Shown here: one piece after another, positions 1-7,233 of the stretch
Numbering within the stretch: the first letter of the stretch is position 1
How the letters are laid out: each line of letters starts with the position of its first letter
Virus record (IMG/VR): IMGVR_UViG_3300022666_000045
Coordinates: 1 to 37,310 of that record
DNA: 37,310 nucleotides
Direction: 5' to 3' (one strand)
From: a virus
Lineage: Duplodnaviria > Caudoviricetes
Notes under the pieces: model-generated
The model's database searches: none
What the model was told of the DNA's origin: nothing
Seen by the model: only the letters and a program-made list of their open reading frames with translations
Translations under genes and position numbers: made by a program

Positions 1-127
1 GCTTCGGCTTGGTGATCCCGCTCACCGATGGCGGGCAGGCTGTGGTAGACATCCGCTTCCGCATGTTGCAGCCGCACGAACTCGCCGCTGCCATGTCGTT
101 TCCCGCGGACTACCGCTTTGCCGGCAA
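1..127. repeat. Terminal direct repeat, copy 1 (circular assembly overlap)
   Basis: 1-127 is identical to 37184-37310, and a CDS continues in frame across the junction. Confidence 0.97.
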
Positions 128-209
128 CCGCAGCGAGCGGGTGAAACAGATCGGCAACGCCGTCCCAGGACGGGTTGCCGAAGCGCTGGTAACGGCGCTG
201 TTGCAGTGA
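1..209 (+). CDS. DNA cytosine-5 methyltransferase, 3' end
   Basis: RMLQPHELAAAMSFP (motif IX) and KQIGNAVP (motif X). Confidence 0.93.
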   Translation, partial: FGLVIPLTDGGQAVVDIRFRMLQPHELAAAMSFPADYRFAGNRSERVKQIGNAVPGRVAEALVTALLQ

Positions 210-229
210 GAATTTGAAAGGAGAACGAC

Positions 230-601
230 GTGGAAAAAGAATTTTCGGCTACGTGGATGGTGTCAGGTTATAGCAATGTGTCACAGGAATTCATCGACGC
301 TCGGCTTGAGGCGATGGAGCGGGAAGTGCTGCACAGGGCGATCAAGAGCGTTCCGCCGTCATGGGTCACCGTGAAACTCGAACGTAGTGAGCGCCACTTA
401 ATGGAAGGGTATAGGCCAGGAATATTGTATGAGGTGCGCGTGTTGCTTATGCATGTCATTGAACGCCCTCCGGTATTTTTGGCGACGCCAAGTCCGTTGC
501 ATCTCGACCGTATTAATCCGCCAGACTTCGCTGACAGAGTAGCGGACAAAATCCGCCAGGCAGAACGCTGGATGAAACGCGTTTTACGGAGGGGGAAATG
601 A
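230..601 (+). CDS. hypothetical protein
   Basis: AAGGAG RBS before the GTG; stop overlaps the next start (ATGA). Confidence 0.7.
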   Translation: MEKEFSATWMVSGYSNVSQEFIDARLEAMEREVLHRAIKSVPPSWVTVKLERSERHLMEGYRPGILYEVRVLLMHVIERPPVFLATPSPLHLDRINPPDFADRVADKIRQAERWMKRVLRRGK

Positions 602-786
602 GCAATATCAAAACCCTCAAAAAGGTTTTTGCCGACATCGTGAATGCTGCAAAAAAGGACAAGCGGATCATGATGGACATCCGGGTCGTGCGCAACGTGG
701 ATTACCCAAAAATTGATAGCAGGCACCAGAAAGACGAATACGTAATCGAGATTTACTGGTTCGATAACCGGGAGGAGAAATCATGA
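598..786 (+). CDS. hypothetical protein
   Basis: GGAGG RBS; translationally coupled on both sides. Confidence 0.7.
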   Translation: MSNIKTLKKVFADIVNAAKKDKRIMMDIRVVRNVDYPKIDSRHQKDEYVIEIYWFDNREEKS

Positions 787-1937
787 AACAACAAAGCCTG
801 TTTGAAGGCGCCCGAATGACGCTGGAGGACTCAATCTCTCTCACCGCCATGTCGCTCCAGGCATACGGTGAGCAGTACAGAAATTGGGCCGTCGCTTTCA
901 GCGGCGGCAAAGACTCCACGGCGCTCGTGACCGTGGTCATGCACCTGATCCAGACCGGTCAGGTCAAGCCGCCCGAAAGCCTGACAGTGCTCTACGCCGA
1001 CACCCGCCTGGAATTACCTCCGCTCCACGCCAGCGCCATGCAAATCATGGACACAGTGCGGTCGCTCGGCTATCAGGCAAGAGTCGTGTTGCCATCGATC
1101 GACGAAAGGTTTTTCGTCTATATGTTTGGGCGGGGCGTACCTCCGCCGTCCAACACGTTTCGCTGGTGTACGGCGCAGATCAAAATCGAGCCGATGCTGT
1201 CAGCGCTCAAATCTCTGCGCGACGAAACCGGGGAGAAATACCTCATGCTGACCGGTGTTCGTATCGGAGAGAGCGCAGCCAGAGACCAGCGCATCGCGTT
1301 GAGTTGCGGAAAAAACGGTGCCGAGTGCGGTCAGGGATGGTTTCAGCAGGCGACGCCCGAGTCTGTCGCCGACACCCTGGCCCCGCTCCTGCACTGGCGG
1401 GTGTGCCACGTTTGGGACTGGCTCACGTTCCACGCCCCGGACGACGGTTTCTATACTGCCGGCGTCGCTGACGTGTACGGAGGTAACGAGGCCGAGGAAA
1501 TCAACGCCCGCACCGGGTGCATCGGCTGCAATCTCGCCAGCCAGGATCATGTCCTGGAGCGCGTCATCCGTAAACCGGCCTGGGCGCACCTATCGCCGCT
1601 GCTGCAATTACGCCCGCTCTACGCCGAACTGAAACGGCCGATAAACCGCCTGCGCAAAAACGGGGACGAGCGGCGAAACGACGGCAAGTTGAGCGTCAAC
1701 CCGCAGCGCCTCGGCCCGCTAACCATGCGCGCCCGCCGCTGGGGTCTATCTCAGGTGCTCGACATCCAGGCCGCCGCCGGAGTCGATCTAATCAATCGCG
1801 AGGAGCGGATTCGCATCGACGAACTGATCGACGCCAACACATGGCCGCAAAAATGGTCAGGCGATGAGGCGACCGGAGATATCCCAATGGACGCCATTCT
1901 GGCCGAAGGCGTCATTCAGCCATTGTTAGTGAGGTAA
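783..1937 (+). CDS. PAPS-reductase-family (DndC-like) PP-loop protein
   Basis: AFSGGKDS PP-loop, YADT, FRWCT..IKIEP, TGVRIGES..R and RTGCIGC cysteine motif. Confidence 0.88.
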   Translation: MKQQSLFEGARMTLEDSISLTAMSLQAYGEQYRNWAVAFSGGKDSTALVTVVMHLIQTGQVKPPESLTVLYADTRLELPPLHASAMQIMDTVRSLGYQARVVLPSIDERFFVYMFGRGVPPPSNTFRWCTAQIKIEPMLSALKSLRDETGEKYLMLTGVRIGESAARDQRIALSCGKNGAECGQGWFQQATPESVADTLAPLLHWRVCHVWDWLTFHAPDDGFYTAGVADVYGGNEAEEINARTGCIGCNLASQDHVLERVIRKPAWAHLSPLLQLRPLYAELKRPINRLRKNGDERRNDGKLSVNPQRLGPLTMRARRWGLSQVLDIQAAAGVDLINREERIRIDELIDANTWPQKWSGDEATGDIPMDAILAEGVIQPLLVR

Positions 1938-1941
1938 CAGC

Positions 1942-2166
1942 GTGAACATTATCCAAATGGAAATTAATGCGGAAATAATGCGCATCGCGAATGAGATCAA
2001 CGCGGCGCGGATGTATCGGCGTGCGCTCACAGAGATTGCGCAGGAGCGCATGGACTGTATGGGGGACAACTGCCCGTACTGCGCCGCTGGCCTGGAGCAT
2101 CCGCCAACCCGCGCCGCACAATGTGCGCTGGAGGCGTTGAACTGGAGCGTTGAAAATGTGCGCTGA
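1942..2166 (+). CDS. hypothetical protein (CxxxxCxxC)
   Basis: GAGGT RBS; in-operon position. Confidence 0.6.
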   Translation: MNIIQMEINAEIMRIANEINAARMYRRALTEIAQERMDCMGDNCPYCAAGLEHPPTRAAQCALEALNWSVENVR

Positions 2167-2404
2167 TTGCTCGCTGCTCGTTGCGCATATCGAGCATCTA
2201 CGCAGGCAGATGCAAACCGTCTCGCTGGACGATGAGGCGCAGATCAATCTATTCATGGCCCGCATCGAACAGGCGGAAACAGAGTATCAATATCACGTCT
2301 GCCTGCATCACGGACAGGTGCCGCATGTATCCGCATTCTGGCGCGGCATCGATTGGCGCGACATGATGAAATTGAGCCATGCGATCACCGGATGGAGCAA
2401 CTGA
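2150..2404 (+). CDS. hypothetical protein
   Basis: Overlapping operon spacing; start uncertain. Confidence 0.55.
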   Translation: MKMCADCSLLVAHIEHLRRQMQTVSLDDEAQINLFMARIEQAETEYQYHVCLHHGQVPHVSAFWRGIDWRDMMKLSHAITGWSN

Positions 2405-2592
2405 TGAACCTGTACGAGCTCATAGCGCTATCAGGGTACATCACCAACCTATGGCGTGCACACACTGGCGCCAGCGCAAAAACATACCCGACGTTTGACC
2501 AGGTGCGGCAATATCTGGTTGAGATGTTCGGCATAGAGTTCGATTACACACCGCCGGCCTGGACAGCGCCGGCAAACGAGAGGAGAACATGA
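2404..2592 (+). CDS. hypothetical protein
   Basis: GGAG RBS and TGATG coupling at 2402-2406. Confidence 0.6.
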   Translation: MNLYELIALSGYITNLWRAHTGASAKTYPTFDQVRQYLVEMFGIEFDYTPPAWTAPANERRT

Positions 2593-2978
2593 GCGAACAC
2601 GAGATCCAAAACGCCATCATGGAATGGCTCCACCAGCACGGCATCTATGCCGTGCGTGTCAACTCCGGTCGGGCAATCGTCAAAGGCAAGGGCCGGATGT
2701 ACGCCATTGCAGGCGCACCAGCTGGAACGCCGGATATTATCGCCTGTGTCAGCGGAGTATTCGTCGGTATCGAGGTGAAAACAGAGACCGGGAAAATGTC
2801 ACCTGAGCAACATGAGGCAGCGCGGAATATCGAGAGTGCAGGCGGGAGGTGCTACACGGTCAGGAGCCTGGACGATGTGAAGCGCATCACCGGATATATC
2901 TACGAGTGCGAGAATGCACAAACTAACCACTCGCTTGACGGCGGAACCGTCGTAAATGCAACAGAGGATGTGAAATGA
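2589..2978 (+). CDS. VRR-NUC domain nuclease (Holliday-junction resolvase-like)
   Basis: MSEHEIQNAI, GTPDII, FVGIEVKT and SPEQ match the PD-(D/E)xK VRR-NUC pattern. Confidence 0.9.
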   Translation: MSEHEIQNAIMEWLHQHGIYAVRVNSGRAIVKGKGRMYAIAGAPAGTPDIIACVSGVFVGIEVKTETGKMSPEQHEAARNIESAGGRCYTVRSLDDVKRITGYIYECENAQTNHSLDGGTVVNATEDVK

Positions 2979-3217
2979 GGATACCGGCATGGGTCGAAAA
3001 CGCCGCGCACGTCACGCGCGGCACAATGGCGGATCACGCCGAATGGCTGACGCGCAATTACAAACACGACCGCCTGTCAGGTCGCGGTGCAGAGTATGCC
3101 GCAGCCGTGCGCAGGTCTGGAGCCAGGGATTTGCAACTGCGCGGCTACGATGTCATCTCGCACCACGATTGCAACACGGGCGAGACGATCTATTTTGTGT
3201 TGGAGGAACAGAAATGA
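2975..3217 (+). CDS. hypothetical protein
   Basis: ATGA coupling at both ends. Confidence 0.65.
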   Translation: MRIPAWVENAAHVTRGTMADHAEWLTRNYKHDRLSGRGAEYAAAVRRSGARDLQLRGYDVISHHDCNTGETIYFVLEEQK

Positions 3218-3564
3218 CGATCATAAAACGAGGCGAAATAGTTTGCGTGATTGAGGCTATCCAATACGAGGGGGACAGCACTGTTGCAATGATGATTGCA
3301 CTGCAAGATTTCGATTTCCAGGATGCAATTAATCGTAGCGGGCACGCGGAGGCCGAGAAAAATCAATTCTGGAATTACCCGAAAGATTTTTGCGAATGGC
3401 TTTCGGAAAACAAATTATGCGAATTCGTGGATCATTCAGTTATTGAATTTACGTTTGTACGGAATACTATTGCGTATAATATGTTTCACGTTAGCCATGA
3501 GATGAACGGTGAAAAATGGGCAACGCTCCCGGCTGCGACAGAGGATGATGGAGGTGAGAAATGA
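3214..3564 (+). CDS. hypothetical protein (AT-richer than neighbours)
   Basis: GGAGG RBS before ATG 3214; coupled. Confidence 0.65.
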   Translation: MTIIKRGEIVCVIEAIQYEGDSTVAMMIALQDFDFQDAINRSGHAEAEKNQFWNYPKDFCEWLSENKLCEFVDHSVIEFTFVRNTIAYNMFHVSHEMNGEKWATLPAATEDDGGEK

Positions 3565-4229
3565 GCGAGAACAGGACAGATTGGTACTATCGTCAGATCG
3601 AGAACGCAACGCTGCAAGTTATCAGCGAAAGCGATGGTGTGCGCATTTTTATGCTGCGAAAATATCCCAACAGCACGATGATGAGCACCTATATCATTTT
3701 TGCAGTTGGCCGTATCATCATCACGGGGGATATGCCGGTGCGCGATAACGGCATTATCGCCGCTGGCTACGATCTCGAATGGTTTTCTGGGGGTCTATCG
3801 CCCGATTACCTTGCCGAAAAGTTTCTGGAAAAAGATTTTCATCCCGAGATCGCAATGCGCCAATGGCGGGAAATGATCGATCAGTACCAGACCGAACTGG
3901 ATCAGTTTCGCGCAGAATGCGGAGACGAAGAGCCAGACAACCTGCTCTTGCGCGAAACGGCCTGGCGCTATGATTGGCACAAAGTGCACGGGACGGTCAT
4001 TGATGCGATGAAACTTGTTATCGAGCGCGGCGTTGAGGATTTCGACAGCTACGAGAGCGTAACAGGAATTGCGCTGCGCCAGGACGGCGGCCCTGTAGAC
4101 GAATTTCATCCAGCGAACGATCTTGAGTCAATCGGCTGGGGTTACGACCCAAACGAAATCGGTTGGCTCGCCGCAATTCAACGACGGTTCGCCGAATGCT
4201 ACGCGGCGATGATGGAGGTCGAGAAATGA
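3561..4229 (+). CDS. hypothetical phage protein
   Basis: 222-aa ORF with GGAGGT RBS; contains IIITGD..DYLAEK. Confidence 0.8.
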   Translation: MSENRTDWYYRQIENATLQVISESDGVRIFMLRKYPNSTMMSTYIIFAVGRIIITGDMPVRDNGIIAAGYDLEWFSGGLSPDYLAEKFLEKDFHPEIAMRQWREMIDQYQTELDQFRAECGDEEPDNLLLRETAWRYDWHKVHGTVIDAMKLVIERGVEDFDSYESVTGIALRQDGGPVDEFHPANDLESIGWGYDPNEIGWLAAIQRRFAECYAAMMEVEK

Positions 4230-4516
4230 GCGAGAACACAGAATTGTCAGAACTCCGCGCCGATCTGGCACTGCGCATGGCCGAGATCGAGCGCCTGCGC
4301 GAGACGATCAGCGTGTTGAACGCGCAGATTGAGGCCGCGCCGCGATGGGTGTCGTGTAGTGAGAGACTGCCGGACACCGACGGTATGTATCTGGTGTACT
4401 GGGGTGAGGATGTTTACAGCGCTGAGTATTTCGGTCGTGGTGATGGAGGATGGGGTAATTACGCAAACAAGCGCATTGTGGCCTGGATGACTATCCAGGA
4501 GGTAAAAAATGACTGA
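4226..4516 (+). CDS. DUF551-like phage protein with N-terminal coiled coil
   Basis: RWVSCSERLPD...IVAWM pattern. Confidence 0.75.
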   Translation: MSENTELSELRADLALRMAEIERLRETISVLNAQIEAAPRWVSCSERLPDTDGMYLVYWGEDVYSAEYFGRGDGGWGNYANKRIVAWMTIQEVKND

Positions 4517-4916
4517 GAACCAGGAGCTATATACCAGCGATGCGCAGCGCCGGGTACATGCCAATGTAATTCAGCGCGGGTATAAAAACGGCTGGACTGA
4601 CAAGCAATTCATCGCCCGGCAGGTAGTCAAACTCGGCGAGGAACTCGGAGAACTTGCGGTCGTGCTGGAGTTTTTCCTTCCGGCCAATGCCTATCGCCAC
4701 CTGGTGCAGACAGGCCAGGTGTGCCGCATGGAATTTGGCGAGAACAAATTCTTGCGCGCAAAAAATATTCTGGCGGATGCGAACCGGTCGTGGGTCAGAC
4801 AGGAACTGACCGACATCGTGGTAATCTGCCTGGTGTTGGCGCAGGCGATTGGGTTTGACGTGATCAGCGCTGCGGTCGAGAAATCGCGCAGCGATATTAG
4901 CAGAGGAGTGAGATAG
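4509..4916 (+). CDS. MazG-like nucleotide pyrophosphohydrolase
   Basis: KLGEELGELA and ELTDIVV (EExxE...ExxD). Confidence 0.75.
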   Translation: MTENQELYTSDAQRRVHANVIQRGYKNGWTDKQFIARQVVKLGEELGELAVVLEFFLPANAYRHLVQTGQVCRMEFGENKFLRAKNILADANRSWVRQELTDIVVICLVLAQAIGFDVISAAVEKSRSDISRGVR

Positions 4917-4929
4917 ACAGCCGCAAATC

Positions 4930-4959
4930 AAAAGGCCCCGACCAGGGGCCTTTTTTGTT
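4930..4959. terminator. Bidirectional intrinsic terminator between convergent operons
   Basis: AAAAGGCCCC-GACCA-GGGGCCTTTTTT. Confidence 0.9.
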
Positions 4960-4970
4960 ATCTGCGCTCA

Positions 4971-5243
4971 TCAATCAGCATAGTATCCGATGTATCCGCG
5001 CTCGATACCCTCGGCGCTCCTGCTACCTAGCGCCCGCTGCACACATTTGCGCCAGAGATACGCCAGACGAGTTGCAGCATACGGTCTGTCCTGATACATA
5101 TCCTCTACATGACCCCAAATGCGGGTCTCGCAATCCTCGGCGTTTGCGTAAAAAATACCGTGTCTGTCGCAGAACCGCCGCGCTGATTTTTTCAATTTCG
5201 CCTCATCAACAGACGAGGCCTCGCGAATGATTGACCATGCCAT
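4971..5243 (-). CDS. hypothetical protein (90 aa)
   Basis: GAGGA RBS before ATG 5243 (MAWSIIRE). Confidence 0.7.
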   Translation of the reverse strand: MAWSIIREASSVDEAKLKKSARRFCDRHGIFYANAEDCETRIWGHVEDMYQDRPYAATRLAYLWRKCVQRALGSRSAEGIERGYIGYYAD

Positions 5244-5289
5244 TTTATCCTCTGTCCGGTGATTACGCTCACTAGGAAGCGACTGAAAA

Positions 5290-5631
5290 TTATTTCGAGA
5301 AGTAAATCGTCGACGATTGGCCGCAGCCGTAATCCTCGACGACCGAGTACACCAGCATTTCGGTTTCGGGCCAGTAATGCAGATTGCGCGGCAGCGTCGT
5401 TCCATCCGGCAATTCGTTCTCGTAGTATACGCCAATCTCCAGCCGTTGCCGGATGTCGGCCACGATATCCGCCGGGCCGTAATACTCACGACCCGATCCA
5501 TTGTAGTCAGACCAGGAATACCGGGCCGCCGCGACCTTCGTAAATCCGTATTTTTCAGCAGTGATACTGGCAGCGGTCGTGCTGGCATTTCCTACAATTT
5601 CCGGGATTTCGGTTTCGATCTTGATTTCCAT
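5290..5631 (-). CDS. hypothetical protein (113 aa)
   Basis: AAGGAG RBS before ATG 5631 (MEIKIETE). Confidence 0.75.
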   Translation of the reverse strand: MEIKIETEIPEIVGNASTTAASITAEKYGFTKVAAARYSWSDYNGSGREYYGPADIVADIRQRLEIGVYYENELPDGTTLPRNLHYWPETEMLVYSVVEDYGCGQSSTIYFSK

Positions 5632-5648
5632 TCTCGTTCTCCTTTTGT

Positions 5649-5702
5649 CGCTCATCAGCACAGGCCGTTTTCCTGTGGACACCCCTAGCGGGGTGTTTCG
5701 CG
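5649..5702 (-). ncRNA. Hammerhead ribozyme, type II
   Basis: Minus strand reads CGC-GAAA-C-ACCCC(gcta)GGGGT-GTC^-CACAGG(aaaacgg)CCTGTG-CTGATGA-GCG. The full core and all three stems are present. Confidence 0.88.
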
Positions 5703-5704
5703 TG

Positions 5705-5884
5705 CTAGTCCTCGTCTGACACAAATTCGAGTTGAAATGCATCATAATCCCACATGGGGGTGTCCTCATCCTGCATCTCGTCCAGGTCAATGTTGAGCAG
5801 GGAGGCGACCTCCTCCAGACTCATGGAGTGGTCAGTCAGGATTTGCCCCAGAAACTCGCCCTCGTAAAACAGTTTTGCGTACAT
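5705..5884 (-). CDS. Small highly acidic protein (59 aa; not in the ORF track)
   Basis: AAGGAG RBS; MYAKLFYEGEFLGQILTDHSMSLEEVASLLNIDLDEMQDEDTPMWDYDAFQLEFVSDED. Confidence 0.8.
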   Translation of the reverse strand: MYAKLFYEGEFLGQILTDHSMSLEEVASLLNIDLDEMQDEDTPMWDYDAFQLEFVSDED

Positions 5885-5912
5885 CGTTTTCTCCTTGTTT
5901 CAAAATAGTTGT

Positions 5913-6332
5913 TTATTCGATCTCAACAGCGTCCAGGAGCAACGGCTCTCCGTCGCTGCCGGTCTCGATCGTGTTGAGGTATCCGCGCACCCGCACCACG
6001 GGCCGACCAGCGCTCAAAAACGCTGTGCTTATTAAATCTACGGCGGTCTGACCGCCATCTACTGCCATCAGGCTGACACCCTGCTCCGGGCGGTCGGCGG
6101 CGTAATTGTAGCTGTGGCCGATGGCCGGAACATGGCCGTAGCGCCAACCAGTAACCATGTAGGGCATCTCGGCGCCACACATGCCGGCGCTCAGGAAAAC
6201 CAGGGCGGTGCTGTTCATGCGGTCAATTTCTTTCCAGTAGGACGAATAAACAAGCTCGTCAAAATTATTGATACCGCAGGCCGCTGCCTGCTGCCCGATC
6301 TCGTATGCTCTCTCGTAGTATTGGTTGCTCAT
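5913..6332 (-). CDS. hypothetical protein (139 aa)
   Basis: AGGAG RBS before ATG 6332 (MSNQYYER). Confidence 0.75.
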   Translation of the reverse strand: MSNQYYERAYEIGQQAAACGINNFDELVYSSYWKEIDRMNSTALVFLSAGMCGAEMPYMVTGWRYGHVPAIGHSYNYAADRPEQGVSLMAVDGGQTAVDLISTAFLSAGRPVVRVRGYLNTIETGSDGEPLLLDAVEIE

Positions 6333-6362
6333 CTCTGTATCTCCTGTCTCTCTGATGTATCT

Positions 6363-6445
6363 ATAATACAGTTTTTCGGATGCAACAAATAGTGTCATAT
6401 GTCATATTTTTGATATTACATCATATGACATTTATCATATGACAT
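6363..6445. promoter_or_regulatory. Divergent control region: leftward promoter with a degenerate CRP-like box and TCATATGACAT repeats
   Basis: Minus strand ATATGACATATGACAC-TATTTG-17nt-TATTAT; TCATATGACAT at 6421 and 6435. Confidence 0.65.
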
Positions 6446-6522
6446 CGTGGTATAATCATCTCAGCCCAAATACACACGTGACAGGCAACGCAGAGCCGCG
6501 AGACTCTGCGTTTGCGTTATGG

Positions 6523-6550
6523 TTGACATTTGCGCCCGGTGTGCTATACT
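6523..6550 (+). promoter_or_regulatory. sigma70-type promoter
   Basis: TTGACA-16nt-TATACT with extended -10 TG. Confidence 0.8.
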
Positions 6551-6555
6551 CTAGT

Positions 6556-6618
6556 AGGGTGTTGACCCGCCATGCTGTTCTCCTCACCAGACCAGGCTAT
6601 ATGCCTGGTCTGTGTGTT
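6556..6618 (+). ncRNA. Candidate small antisense RNA
   Basis: Lies downstream of a strong promoter. It has a small 5' hairpin, an unpaired CATGCTGTTCTCCTCACC, and a 10-bp hairpin (6588-6612) followed by TGTGTT. Confidence 0.45.
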
Positions 6619-6645
6619 GTATAACCTGCTATTGCGTTGTATAAT
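6617..6645 (+). promoter_or_regulatory. Promoter for a leaderless ParB-like mRNA
   Basis: TTGTAT-17nt-TATAAT, with ATG 6 nt downstream and no SD. Confidence 0.6.
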
Positions 6646-6651
6646 CATCGT

Positions 6652-7233
6652 ATGAGCGGAATAACATGGTCAAACCAAAAACGCAGATTATCGGAACTGG
6701 TGCCCTGGCCGCGCAATCCACGCCAGATCAGGAGCGACCAGGCTAAACGGCTGGCAAAATCGTTCGAAGATTTCGGACAGGTGGAGACAATCGCGGTCGG
6801 CCCGGAAAACGAGGTGTATAACGGTCACCAGCGCCTGAACGTACTCATGCAGCAATACGGTGCAGATTACGAGGTTGAGGTACGCGTATCAAGCCGGGCG
6901 CTAGACGAGAAAGAGCGCGAGCGACTGACAGTGTATTTGCACAAAGGCGCCGCCGGCGAATGGAATTTCGACGAGCTGGCAAATTGGGATTTGCCGGATT
7001 TGCTGGAGTGGGGATTCGGCGAGGCGGAGCTTGGGATATCCATCGATCACCAGGATGGAGACCACGCAGGTGCATCCCCCTGGGATAGAATGGCAGGGGA
7101 TTCTGCCGATGGAGTTTTGTTTCAATTCGGGGCTATCACCTGTCGGGTTGATCAGGCTGTATATGATGCATTTATGGCGTCCTGTCCAAACGATGATATT
7201 GCCGGTTACCTGGCGGGTGTATTTTTGCCATGA
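6652..7233 (+). CDS. ParB/Srx N-terminal-domain protein (packaging-linked type)
   Basis: LVPWPRNPR, SFEDFGQVETI and YNGHQRL; no HTH evident. Confidence 0.85.
   Translation: MSGITWSNQKRRLSELVPWPRNPRQIRSDQAKRLAKSFEDFGQVETIAVGPENEVYNGHQRLNVLMQQYGADYEVEVRVSSRALDEKERERLTVYLHKGAAGEWNFDELANWDLPDLLEWGFGEAELGISIDHQDGDHAGASPWDRMAGDSADGVLFQFGAITCRVDQAVYDAFMASCPNDDIAGYLAGVFLP

Noticed and set aside
1-127. Biological terminal repeat or att site
   Set aside because: It falls mid-CDS, and 127 nt equals a common assembler k-mer, so it is best read as a circular overlap.
783-1937. Complete Dnd phosphorothioation system
   Set aside because: Only the DndC-like gene is present.
6652-7233. Plasmid partition system
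   Set aside because: No ParA or HTH is evident, and the context is the terminase module.
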